A stretch of DNA of 17,980 nt from an archaeon (GTDB lineage Archaea; Iainarchaeota; Iainarchaeia; Iainarchaeales; CSSED10-239), in the NCBI GenBank assembly GCA_041677685.1, contig JBAYPN010000016.1, positions 1-17,980 of the forward strand, read 5' to 3'. Under the pieces are notes generated by a model. That model was given only the letters and a program-made list of their open reading frames with translations, had not been told where the DNA came from and did no database searches. This document shows positions 1-7,908 of this stretch, piece after piece; positions within the stretch are counted from its first letter, which is position 1; each line of letters opens with the position of its first letter. The translations under genes were made by a program, and so were the position numbers.

Positions 1-265
1 CAAAATTATTATAACTTAAATTTTTTCACTTTTTTTAATCTAACTCTTACTAAAAGCATTGTTATTTTTACAACATAAGTTTTTCTCTAAAGCCAATTTC
101 CACTTATTTACTAAACTTATAAAAAATGCATGAGCTTTTTAATAATAAACCTCATAAGTAATCCAAAAGATTCTATAAATTACCTTTAAAAAGTAATTGT
201 TACTTATTTACTTATATAAAAGGTTAATTTTTATAAAAAAATAATTAAATTAAAGGTGAATTAAT

Positions 266-526
266 ATGCAAGGAACAATTGTAAGTTATAGAAGAGGAGT
301 TAAGACTCAACATACAAATCAATTTATTTTAAAAGTAGATGATGAAAAATACAATAGTAAGGAAAGTGCAAATGCTCTTTTAGGAAAGACTGTTATCTAC
401 AAGACCACAAAGAAAGAAATAAAAGGTAAGATTACAGCACCTCACGGAAATAAAGGAACAGTAAGAGTAATTTTTGAAAGAGGAATGCCTGGTGACATCT
501 TAACACAAAAGGTAGATATTAAATAA
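266..526 (+). CDS. rpl35ae: Ribosomal protein L35Ae (archaeal/eukaryal-specific large-subunit protein)
   Basis: 86-aa ORF. GTIVSYRRG near the N-terminus and APHGNKGTVRVIFERGMPG near the C-terminus match the L35Ae family pattern. GGTGA Shine-Dalgarno at 255-259, 6 nt before the ATG. Confidence 0.9.
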   Translation: MQGTIVSYRRGVKTQHTNQFILKVDDEKYNSKESANALLGKTVIYKTTKKEIKGKITAPHGNKGTVRVIFERGMPGDILTQKVDIK

Positions 527-537
527 TTCTTTTTATT

Positions 538-1296
538 TTAAACATCTTCAAATTTAGATAATTTTACAAAAGAATCTTTTTTCTTTTCTTCTTTTTTAAT
601 TTCTTTTTGCTTGTCAACAACTTCTTTTTTATCAACAACTTTTTCTTTATTATTAATTTTAGTTTGTCTTTTATCTTCTTGTAACTTAGAAACACTTTTC
701 TCTTTAATTATAGATAAGGATCTGTTGTCTTTAACAAGATCTTTATTTACAACTAAAAGTTCATTTTTATTTTCTAATGTTTGCCTGTCTTCTTTTTTAT
801 ATTGACCAAATTTTAAATTAGTTTCTTCTTTTTCAAAGTCTTCTTGATCTTTTTTAACTTTAATTTTATTTTCAATTTCTTCTTTTAAGAGTTTTGCTTT
901 TTCTTCCTGAAGCTTAATATCTTCTCTTACAGGTTCTGATTTCTCTTTTTGGTCAATGTCTTCTTGATTAATCTCAATTGGCTTTTCTTCTCTTACAGGT
1001 TTTTGCTTTCCCCTAAAAGATAACCCTTCCTCTTCTTTAACATCATCATAAATGCTTGTGTTAGCCACAGGTATGTTCTCTGTACCAACTCTGAATCTAT
1101 TTGGTGAAAAGAACCTAAGGATTAAATATTTAATTATAAAATAAAGAACTACACCAATTATTAAAAACTCAATAACTGCACTTGCTATATAGCTTGTAAG
1201 ATTAAATAAATTAGATTTAAATATTATTGAAAAAACCCCATAAACAAAAGCTATTATTAAAGGAAGTGCTATTTCTAGAAAGTTCTTCTTTTTCAT
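538..1296 (-). CDS. Membrane-anchored protein with a long Lys/Glu-rich low-complexity tail, unknown function
   Basis: 252-aa ORF. Two hydrophobic segments in the first ~65 aa (IALPLIIAFVYGVFSIIF; VIEFLIIGVVLYFIIKYLIL), then ~180 aa dominated by K/E/D/Q with short internal repeats (KPVREEK / EPVREDIK; KEKVVDKKEVVDK). No recognisable catalytic motif. Confidence 0.6.
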   Translation of the reverse strand: MKKKNFLEIALPLIIAFVYGVFSIIFKSNLFNLTSYIASAVIEFLIIGVVLYFIIKYLILRFFSPNRFRVGTENIPVANTSIYDDVKEEEGLSFRGKQKPVREEKPIEINQEDIDQKEKSEPVREDIKLQEEKAKLLKEEIENKIKVKKDQEDFEKEETNLKFGQYKKEDRQTLENKNELLVVNKDLVKDNRSLSIIKEKSVSKLQEDKRQTKINNKEKVVDKKEVVDKQKEIKKEEKKKDSFVKLSKFEDV

Positions 1297-1392
1297 AAAA
1301 TTATACCTTTTTATAAATCTTATTAGATATTATATCTATATTGATAGGAAATAATTTAAAAGCTTTATTACTCTTAGGAAAAACAGATAAAC

Positions 1393-2157
1393 ATGAACAG
1401 AAAAGAAATAATAGAAATTACAAAACAAAAACTTAAAGAAAAATTAAATAATGCTGATCAAAAGATTATTAATTTGGCTCAAATTATTGAAAAGGTCCCT
1501 AATAACATTAATGAACTGTATGAACAACTAAGAGTTATTACTGACCAAGAATACCCAACCCTAGACCAATCTCTAACAATCAAAGAGTATGTTTTGTTTT
1601 ATTTGTTAGAAGAGAAGAATGAAAAAAATATTAAAAACTTAAACATCTCTGAAAAGAATATTAAAGAGATTATAAAAATTAAAAATTCTAATGTTTCAAT
1701 TGACTTAAACAAAGACATCAAAGAGATTACCTTAAATCTTGCAAAAGACATCCTTAACCTAATAGAGACTAAAGAAAAAATGGAATTTGAAATTGATAAA
1801 CTATTAAAAGAAAATTATGTAAATGCCTATCATGTGGCAACCCCTAAGATCCTTTGTAAGATGCTTGAGATTGCTGGGTCTTCTAAAAGACTTTCAAGAT
1901 TTCCAGCTTCAACCATCCAGTTACTTGGTTCTGAGAAAAACTTTTTTAAAGCTTTAAAATTTAATAAAAATACTCCAAAGTATGGAGTTATCTTTAACCA
2001 CCCATTAGTGATCTCTTTACCTTTTAAAAATAAAGCAAAATTTTCAAGAACACTTGCTGCAAAGATAGCAATTGCAATCAAAGCTGACATTACAAATAAT
2101 AAAATTTATGAAGAGTTAGATAAAACAATTAAAATTAAACACAGTAAACTAAAATAA
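1393..2157 (+). CDS. nop5: Box C/D RNP scaffold protein Nop5 (Nop56/58 homologue), short form with Nop domain only
   Basis: AGSSKRLSRFPASTIQLLGSEKNFFKALK...TPKYGVIFNHPLV matches the Nop-domain signature (AG.L..LA..PAST.Q.LGAEKALFRAL...PKHG.I..HP). It lies immediately upstream of fibrillarin, the canonical archaeal arrangement. At 254 aa it starts directly in the coiled-coil region. Confidence 0.85.
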   Translation: MNRKEIIEITKQKLKEKLNNADQKIINLAQIIEKVPNNINELYEQLRVITDQEYPTLDQSLTIKEYVLFYLLEEKNEKNIKNLNISEKNIKEIIKIKNSNVSIDLNKDIKEITLNLAKDILNLIETKEKMEFEIDKLLKENYVNAYHVATPKILCKMLEIAGSSKRLSRFPASTIQLLGSEKNFFKALKFNKNTPKYGVIFNHPLVISLPFKNKAKFSRTLAAKIAIAIKADITNNKIYEELDKTIKIKHSKLK

Positions 2158-2173
2158 AAATTAAGTGATTAAG

Positions 2174-2770
2174 ATGAATAAAAATCTAATAATTAAAGAC
2201 AAACTAATATTTACAAAAGATCTTAACAGCAAAAAAAACAGAGAATGGAATCCCTTTCATTCAAAAGTTGCAGCAGGGATTAGGAAAGGAATTATTCCAA
2301 ACATCAATCAAGATTCTAAAATTCTTTATCTTGGAGCAGCAGAAGGTTACACTGTTTCCTTTATCTCCGACTTAGTTGAGAATGGAGTTGTTTATGGAAT
2401 AGACATATCTCCCTACAGCATGCAGAAATTAGTTTTACTTTCAGAAGAGAGAGAAAATATTATTCCTATCTTAGAAGATTGTAACCTAGTTGATGAATAT
2501 AAAGACCTTATTAAAACTAAAGTTGACCTAATAATACAGGATGTTTCTCAGAAAAACCAAATTGAAATTCTTAAAAAGAATGCTAAACTTTTTCTTAAAG
2601 AGAAAGGAGAAATTATTCTAAGTTTAAAGTTATCTGCAATCTCTCAAAAGAAAATTAACATAATTGACAGAGAATTAAAAGATCTAGAAACTGATTTTAG
2701 AATCATTAGAAAAGTAAGGTTAGAGCCTTTTGAAAAAAAACATATCCTTGTCTTTGCTCAAAAAAAATAA
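2174..2770 (+). CDS. flpA: Fibrillarin-like rRNA/tRNA 2'-O-methyltransferase
   Basis: REWNPFHSKVAAGI, ILYLGAAEGYTVSFISDLV, VYGIDISP, NIIPILEDCN, QDVSQKNQ and FLKEKG match conserved fibrillarin blocks (R.WNP.RSKLAAAI, VLYLGAASGTT.SHVSD, NI.PIL.DA, DVAQP.Q). The ORF track starts at GTG 2165; ATG 2174 is the more likely start. The gene follows nop5 by 7-16 nt. Confidence 0.9.
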   Translation: MNKNLIIKDKLIFTKDLNSKKNREWNPFHSKVAAGIRKGIIPNINQDSKILYLGAAEGYTVSFISDLVENGVVYGIDISPYSMQKLVLLSEERENIIPILEDCNLVDEYKDLIKTKVDLIIQDVSQKNQIEILKKNAKLFLKEKGEIILSLKLSAISQKKINIIDRELKDLETDFRIIRKVRLEPFEKKHILVFAQKK

Positions 2771-2778
2771 ATTAATAA

Positions 2779-2967
2779 TTATTTTCTATTTCTTAAATAA
2801 TTTTCAATAGAGCGGTCATATGTTCTTTCTTTTTCCTTTGAGAAATAACAACCAGGAAGCTCTCCTCTTTCTCTATGGTGTTTCACACACTCACAACAAA
2901 GTCCTTTTCTTGAACAATCGTAAGTGCAATTACAAGATTTTAAATTCTCTTCTCTTTTACATTCCAT
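2779..2967 (-). CDS. Small Cys-rich protein (resembles the DUF6485-type CNCTY...CCEC...GELP.CYF family), probably metal-binding
   Basis: MECKREENLKSCNCTYDCSRKGLCCECVKHHRERGELPGCYF has 8 Cys in ~40 aa, a pattern I recall from small uncharacterised clostridial and methanogen proteins. The ORF track starts at 2991; the internal ATG at 2967 gives the family-typical MEC.. start. It lies 40-64 nt downstream of ppdK on the same strand. Confidence 0.6.
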   Translation of the reverse strand: MECKREENLKSCNCTYDCSRKGLCCECVKHHRERGELPGCYFSKEKERTYDRSIENYLRNRK

Positions 2968-3031
2968 CTTTTTATCTCTCACAAAAATCATTAGTGTCTT
3001 TTATTTTTTACTTTTTTTAAACAAATCTTTT

Positions 3032-5659
3032 TTAATCCATTTCTAAAATTGCTGCTCTTGCTGCTGAAAGTCTTGCAACTGGTACTCTATAGGGTGAACA
3101 ACTAACATAGTCAATACCAATCTTGTGGAAAAATAAAATTGATTCAGGATCTGCTGCATGTTCCCCACAAACCCCAAGTTTTAAATTCTTATTTTTATTT
3201 ATAGCTTTTTTAATTCCCAACTGCATTAGCTGTCCAACACCTTCTTTGTCAATTGATGTGAAAGGATCTTTTTTATAAACTCCAAGTCTAATATAGTCTT
3301 TTAGAAACATATTAGAGTCATCCCTTGATAACCCCAAAGTCATCTGAGTTAGATCATTTGTTCCAAATGAAAAAAAATCAACATGCTTTGCTAACTTTTC
3401 AGAAATCAAAGCTGCTCTTGGAATCTCAATCATTGCTCCAATTTTATATTTTATTGTGGTTTTTTTCTCTAAAAATATTTGATTGATTGTTTCAATAATC
3501 ATTTTCTTTAAAAGTTCTACCTCCTTTACATCTCCAACCAACGGAACCACAATCTCAGGAACTGTTTTTAATTTAAATTTTTTGTTTACAAAAATTGCTG
3601 CCTCGACTATTGCTCTTGTTTGCATAATTGTAATCTCAGGGTAAGTTACTAACAATCTACAACCTCTAAAACCAAGCATCGGATTTGTCTCTTTTAAATT
3701 TTTTATTTTTTCATTTATTTTTAAGGCAGAAATTTTTAGAGTCTTTGCTAAATCAACTATATCTTTTTTATTTTTAGGCAAAAGTTCATGTAAAGGAAAG
3801 TCTAGTAACCTAATTGTAGTTGGTTTATTTTTCATAACTTTAAAAAGTTTAACAAAATCTTTTCTTTGCATTGGTAATAGTTCATCTAAAGCTTTTTGTC
3901 TTCCTTCTAAACTTTCAGAAAGAACCATCTCTCTAACACTCTTAATCTTGTTCTCTTCAAAAAACATATGCTCTGTTCTACATAGCCCAATTCCTTCTAC
4001 ACTAAAGGTTAACCCAATTTCAGCTTCTTTTAAATTATCTGCGTTCACTCTAATTTCTAATTTTTTATATTTATCTAAAAGATCCATTAATTTTTCAAAG
4101 TCTTTAGACAAGATAGGGTTAACAAGAGGTATCTTTCCAGCATAAACATTTCCAGTTGTTCCATCAATTGTAAGATTATCTCCTTCTTTAAAAGTTTTGT
4201 TTTTTATAATAACTTTTTTTAAGTTTTCAAGAATCTGCAAATCAGAGACACTAGAAACACATACCTTGCCCATAGCTCTAGTAACAACTGCTGCATGACT
4301 TGTAAGTCCACCTCTTTTGGTTAAGATCCCTTGACAAGCATTTATTCCTTTTATGTCTTCAGGGCTAGTTTCTGTTCTTATTAAGATTACTTTCTTACCT
4401 TTCTTGTTCTCCTCATAAGCTCTTTTAGCACTAAAAACAATTTGTCCAGTTACGGCTCCTGGGGAGGCAGGAAGTCCTTTTGTTAAGATTAAGGAATTGT
4501 TTAAAGATTTTGGATCTAAAGATTTATGAAGTAACTTCTCTAATGACTCAGGATCAATTCTTAAAATTGCTTCCTTTTGAGTAATCAACTTTTCATCAAG
4601 CATATCCATTGCAATCTTAACTGCTGCTTTTGGGGTTCTTTTTCCATTTCTTGTTTGAAGAATAAACAACTTTTTATTTTCAATTGTAAACTCGATATCT
4701 TGCATATCCTTAAAATGTTTTTCTAAGGTTTTTGAAATTTTTAATAATTGTAAATATTGATCTTTCATTTTCCTTTTTAAAATTGAGATAGGTTGTGGAG
4801 TTCTTACACCTGAAACAATATCTTCCCCTTGTGCATTTATTAAATATTCTCCATAAAACTTATTTTCACCAGTTGCTGGGTTTCTAGAAAAACAAACTCC
4901 AGTTCCTGAATCTGAATTTAAGTTTCCAAAAACCATTGCTTGAACATTTACTGCTGTTAATAGTTTGTTTTCAATATTATTCTGTAATCTATATTCGATT
5001 GCTCTTTTGTTGTTCCAGGATTTAAAAATTGAATTAATTGCTAATTTCAATTGGATTGTTGGGTCTTGTGGAAAATCCTTTTTAGTTTCTTTTTTGATTA
5101 TTTTTTTATAAGTTGTTATTATTTCTTTTAGATCTTCTAGTTTTAGTTCTGTATCTTCTTCTATTTTCTTTTTACTTTTAAGATTATCAATAACTTTTTT
5201 AAAGGTTCTTGAAGAAACACCCAAAACCACTTCTCCAAACATCTGTATAAATCTTCTGTAAGAATCATATGCAAATCTTTGGTTTTCTGCTTTTTTAGAA
5301 AGACCAATAACAGTTTTATCATTTAACCCTAAATTTAAAATTGTGTCCATCATCCCAGGCATAGAAACTGTTGCTCCACTTCTTACAGAAAGTAAAAGTG
5401 GATTTGAAGAATTTGCAAAAAAGGAATTTGTTTCTTTTTCAATTTTTTTTAAATTGTTTAAAATTTGTTTCTCTAAGTCTTTAGAGCAGGTAAAATTATT
5501 TTCAAGAAAGTAAGAGCAAGCTTGTGTTGTTATTGTAAAAGCAGGAGAAACTGGAATATTTAATTTTTTCATTTCCCCTAAGTTTGCACCTTTTGAGCCT
5601 AGAAGATGTTTTAGGTCTTTATTTGCTTCTGTGTAAAAGTAAACATATTTTTTAGGCAT
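3032..5659 (-). CDS. ppdK: Pyruvate, phosphate dikinase
   Basis: 875 aa. N-terminal ATP-grasp LGSKGANLGEM..LNIPVSPAFTITT, phospho-His carrier motif GGLTSHAAVVTRAMGK, C-terminal PEP/pyruvate domain FSFGTNDLTQMTLGLSRDD and CGEHAADPESI. Length and motif order are typical of PPDK rather than PEP synthase. Confidence 0.95.
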   Translation of the reverse strand: MPKKYVYFYTEANKDLKHLLGSKGANLGEMKKLNIPVSPAFTITTQACSYFLENNFTCSKDLEKQILNNLKKIEKETNSFFANSSNPLLLSVRSGATVSMPGMMDTILNLGLNDKTVIGLSKKAENQRFAYDSYRRFIQMFGEVVLGVSSRTFKKVIDNLKSKKKIEEDTELKLEDLKEIITTYKKIIKKETKKDFPQDPTIQLKLAINSIFKSWNNKRAIEYRLQNNIENKLLTAVNVQAMVFGNLNSDSGTGVCFSRNPATGENKFYGEYLINAQGEDIVSGVRTPQPISILKRKMKDQYLQLLKISKTLEKHFKDMQDIEFTIENKKLFILQTRNGKRTPKAAVKIAMDMLDEKLITQKEAILRIDPESLEKLLHKSLDPKSLNNSLILTKGLPASPGAVTGQIVFSAKRAYEENKKGKKVILIRTETSPEDIKGINACQGILTKRGGLTSHAAVVTRAMGKVCVSSVSDLQILENLKKVIIKNKTFKEGDNLTIDGTTGNVYAGKIPLVNPILSKDFEKLMDLLDKYKKLEIRVNADNLKEAEIGLTFSVEGIGLCRTEHMFFEENKIKSVREMVLSESLEGRQKALDELLPMQRKDFVKLFKVMKNKPTTIRLLDFPLHELLPKNKKDIVDLAKTLKISALKINEKIKNLKETNPMLGFRGCRLLVTYPEITIMQTRAIVEAAIFVNKKFKLKTVPEIVVPLVGDVKEVELLKKMIIETINQIFLEKKTTIKYKIGAMIEIPRAALISEKLAKHVDFFSFGTNDLTQMTLGLSRDDSNMFLKDYIRLGVYKKDPFTSIDKEGVGQLMQLGIKKAINKNKNLKLGVCGEHAADPESILFFHKIGIDYVSCSPYRVPVARLSAARAAILEMD

Positions 5660-5734
5660 AACTTTTCTTCTCTTTTTTTCTTTTCTTCTTTTTTAATTTC
5701 TTATCTTTTTTATTTTTTTCTTTTCTTTTACAAA

Positions 5735-6346
5735 TTACTTTTTAATAACAACATCTAAGATAACAACATCTTCAACTGGCCAATCTTGATGATATTTAAA
5801 TTTGGTTGTAGTCTTTACATCTTCAATATCTTTAACAACTTCCATTCCTGAAAGTACTTTTCCAAAAACTGCATAACCTGGGTTTACTTCACTTGAATAA
5901 TCTAAGAAAAAATTATCAACTGTGTTTATGAAAAATTGAGAGGTTGCAGAGTTAGGATCATTTGTTCTTGCCATAGCTAAGGTTCCTGTAAGATTACTTA
6001 GGTTTGTGTCTTTTGTTGTCTCTAAAGAAATTGGAGAGAATGTGTCTTTTTGTTCCCCATTTTCTAAAAAGCCACCACCTTGAACCATAAAGCCTTTCAT
6101 CACTCTATGAAAGACTGTGTTTTTATAAAAGCCACCTTCTACATATTGTAAAAAATTAGAAACTGTTTTTGGAGCTTTATCTTTAAATAATTCAACTTCA
6201 ATGTTTCCTTTTGAAGTTTTAATAATCACTATTGGGTTCATGTCATTTCCTTCCTTTTTAAATATATTTAAATTAAAAATTAAATTTAATATTAAAAGTA
6301 CTAAAATAATCAATAATACAATTAAAGTTATTTTTTTAAAATTCAT
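5735..6346 (-). CDS. Cyclophilin-type peptidyl-prolyl cis-trans isomerase with N-terminal membrane anchor or signal
   Basis: FHRVMKGFMVQGGGF, GTLAMARTNDPNSATSQFFIN and YAVFGKV are cyclophilin signatures. The N-terminus ITLIVLLIILVLLILNLIF is a hydrophobic anchor. GAGGG SD-like element ~9 nt upstream of ATG 6346; an internal ATG at 6241 has its own GGAAGGA. Confidence 0.9.
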   Translation of the reverse strand: MNFKKITLIVLLIILVLLILNLIFNLNIFKKEGNDMNPIVIIKTSKGNIEVELFKDKAPKTVSNFLQYVEGGFYKNTVFHRVMKGFMVQGGGFLENGEQKDTFSPISLETTKDTNLSNLTGTLAMARTNDPNSATSQFFINTVDNFFLDYSSEVNPGYAVFGKVLSGMEVVKDIEDVKTTTKFKYHQDWPVEDVVILDVVIKK

Positions 6347-6463
6347 ATCTTTTTCCCTCTTTTAATGTTTAAAAGTATAATTTATTCTTTATAAAAGTTC
6401 TTTTCTAAATATATATTATAATTCAAAATATTTAAAAGTAAATAAGTTCTAAGCTATATACAT

Positions 6464-7192
6464 ATGTGCGAAGATAAATTAAAAATTAAAGTGTTTATTA
6501 TTATTTTAATAGTAATTATAATAATAAGTTTAATATTTATAATAACTACAAATTCTAAAAATAAGAGCATCTACTTAACAATTGATGATTGCCCATCCCC
6601 TGACTTTAAAGAAAAAGTAAAGTACTTGATCGACAATGATATTAAAGCAACCTTCTTCTGTGTGGGAAGTGCCATGAGCAACTATAAAGAAGACCTTAGC
6701 TTTGCAGTTTCAAATGGATATGATATTGAAAACCATTCATTTTCTCACCCCTACTTTTCAAAAATTAGCTTAGAAGAAATTAAAGATGAAATTTATAAAA
6801 CTGACAAGATAATTACAGACATCTATAAAGACGCAAACATAGAAAGAACACATAAGTTTTTTAGAGAGCCCTATGGTGACAAGATGTACTTCCAGTTTAA
6901 GAAAAGAAAAGAAGTTAATAATTATCTTAAAAGCTTAGGGTACACAAAACCAAAAACTAAAACCTTTACTTTTGTAGATTTATTTTACCCTAAAGATGTT
7001 GGTGTCTTTTGGACAGCAAATATTAAAGAATATGATTTTTCAGAGAAAAAAACTTTAAACAGACTTGAAAAGATATTAAATAAAAACAAAAACCAAATAA
7101 TTCTTGTCCATGATCACAAAAGAACAACAGAAGTCTTCTATAAGATAATTAACAAACTTTTAGAAAGTAAAATTGAAATTAAAAGTTTATAA
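6464..7192 (+). CDS. Polysaccharide deacetylase (NodB/CE4 homology domain), membrane-anchored
   Basis: N-terminal TM (VFIIILIVIIIISLIFIIT), then YLTIDDCPSP (CE4 motif 1, TFDDG-like), KATFFCVG and ENHSFSHP (motif 2, H-S/T-x-x-H). Confidence 0.75.
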   Translation: MCEDKLKIKVFIIILIVIIIISLIFIITTNSKNKSIYLTIDDCPSPDFKEKVKYLIDNDIKATFFCVGSAMSNYKEDLSFAVSNGYDIENHSFSHPYFSKISLEEIKDEIYKTDKIITDIYKDANIERTHKFFREPYGDKMYFQFKKRKEVNNYLKSLGYTKPKTKTFTFVDLFYPKDVGVFWTANIKEYDFSEKKTLNRLEKILNKNKNQIILVHDHKRTTEVFYKIINKLLESKIEIKSL

Positions 7193-7243
7193 ACATGAAA
7201 TGAAACACATATGTTTTTAATAAGTTCTAAAATTTATATATTA

Positions 7244-7882
7244 ATGACAAAAGACATTTACTCAGGAAAAATAATTTCAAAGAAAAAAAACAATGTTCAT
7301 TTTCTATTAAAAATAGATAAAAGTTTAGAATATTTACCAGGACAATTCATTAGTATTTTTAAAAAAGAAAATGACCAACTTCTAAGAGCAAAACCATATA
7401 CTCTTGCTAGCTTAGATCAAAGGTATGTAGAGCTATACATTGGGATTGTAGAAAACGGAGAATTTTCAAATTACTTAGATCAATTACAAATTAATGACGA
7501 CATTTACTTTAAAGGACCAGTTGGAATACCAATTGAAAAAAAGATAACTTCAAATAACTTAATTATAATTACACTTGGTTGTGGGATTGCTACCTACAGG
7601 GCATTTATTCATCATAATGTATCTAAATATAATATTTCTTTATTTTTTATAAACAAAAAAAAAGATGTTTTCTTTATTGAGGAGTTTGAAGAGCTGTCTA
7701 AGAGAAATAAAAACTTTAGGTACACAGAGATTGTTGGAAAAGAAAGACAAGACTTTAATCTTGAAAAGGAAATAAGAGAAAATGTTACTTACTTACTGTC
7801 AGGTCCGCCAAAAGCAACTGAGTTTTATTCTCAACTCTTAAAGAAGAATAATGTTAATGAACAAAACATCATTATTAATTAA
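7244..7882 (+). CDS. Minimal ferredoxin-NADP reductase-like FAD/NAD(P)-binding oxidoreductase, with no Fe-S or CxxC module
   Basis: PGQFISIF, RAKPYTLAS (R-x-Y-S/T-x-x-S FAD motif), FKGPVG and ITLGCGIATYRAF (GTGIAP-like NAD(P) motif). The ORF track starts at 7211, which adds a hydrophobic MFLISSKIYIL; ATG 7244 gives the typical barrel start. The start choice is uncertain. Confidence 0.65.
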   Translation: MTKDIYSGKIISKKKNNVHFLLKIDKSLEYLPGQFISIFKKENDQLLRAKPYTLASLDQRYVELYIGIVENGEFSNYLDQLQINDDIYFKGPVGIPIEKKITSNNLIIITLGCGIATYRAFIHHNVSKYNISLFFINKKKDVFFIEEFEELSKRNKNFRYTEIVGKERQDFNLEKEIRENVTYLLSGPPKATEFYSQLLKKNNVNEQNIIIN

Positions 7883-7908
7883 TTACAAAAAAAGGAGATG
7901 TGAAAAAC

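Noticed and set aside
102-212. Exact 11-nt repeat ACTTATTTACT at 102-112 and 202-212, exactly 100 bp apart, upstream of rpl35ae
   Set aside because: There are only two copies of a short AT-rich word in AT-rich non-coding DNA, so chance occurrence is plausible. There is no flanking structure such as an inverted repeat or ORF. The second copy overlaps a plausible TATA region (TTATATAAAA, 212-221), so at most it is a promoter-proximal motif.
611-805. 64-aa + strand ORF inside the K/E-rich gene
   Set aside because: It is antisense to a longer ORF and is a Ser/Leu/Phe-rich translation of the complementary purine-rich coding strand. It has no SD or motif. Typical shadow ORF.
1325-1337. 13-nt perfect palindrome AGATAT-T-ATATCT in the 538-ORF/nop5 divergent intergenic region
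   Set aside because: AT-only palindromes of this size arise easily at this base composition. Similar ones occur at 14950-14961 (ATTATATATAAT). There is no independent evidence for an operator.
1830-2090. 86-aa minus-strand ORF inside nop5
   Set aside because: It overlaps the best-conserved part of the Nop domain on the opposite strand and has no recognisable motif. Shadow ORF.
2820-3020. 66-aa + strand ORF overlapping the Cys-rich gene
   Set aside because: It is antisense to an ORF with a conserved Cys pattern, and its own translation is low-complexity (F/L/N-rich). Shadow ORF.
3948-4145. 65-aa + strand ORF inside ppdK
   Set aside because: It lies entirely within a high-confidence PPDK coding region on the opposite strand.
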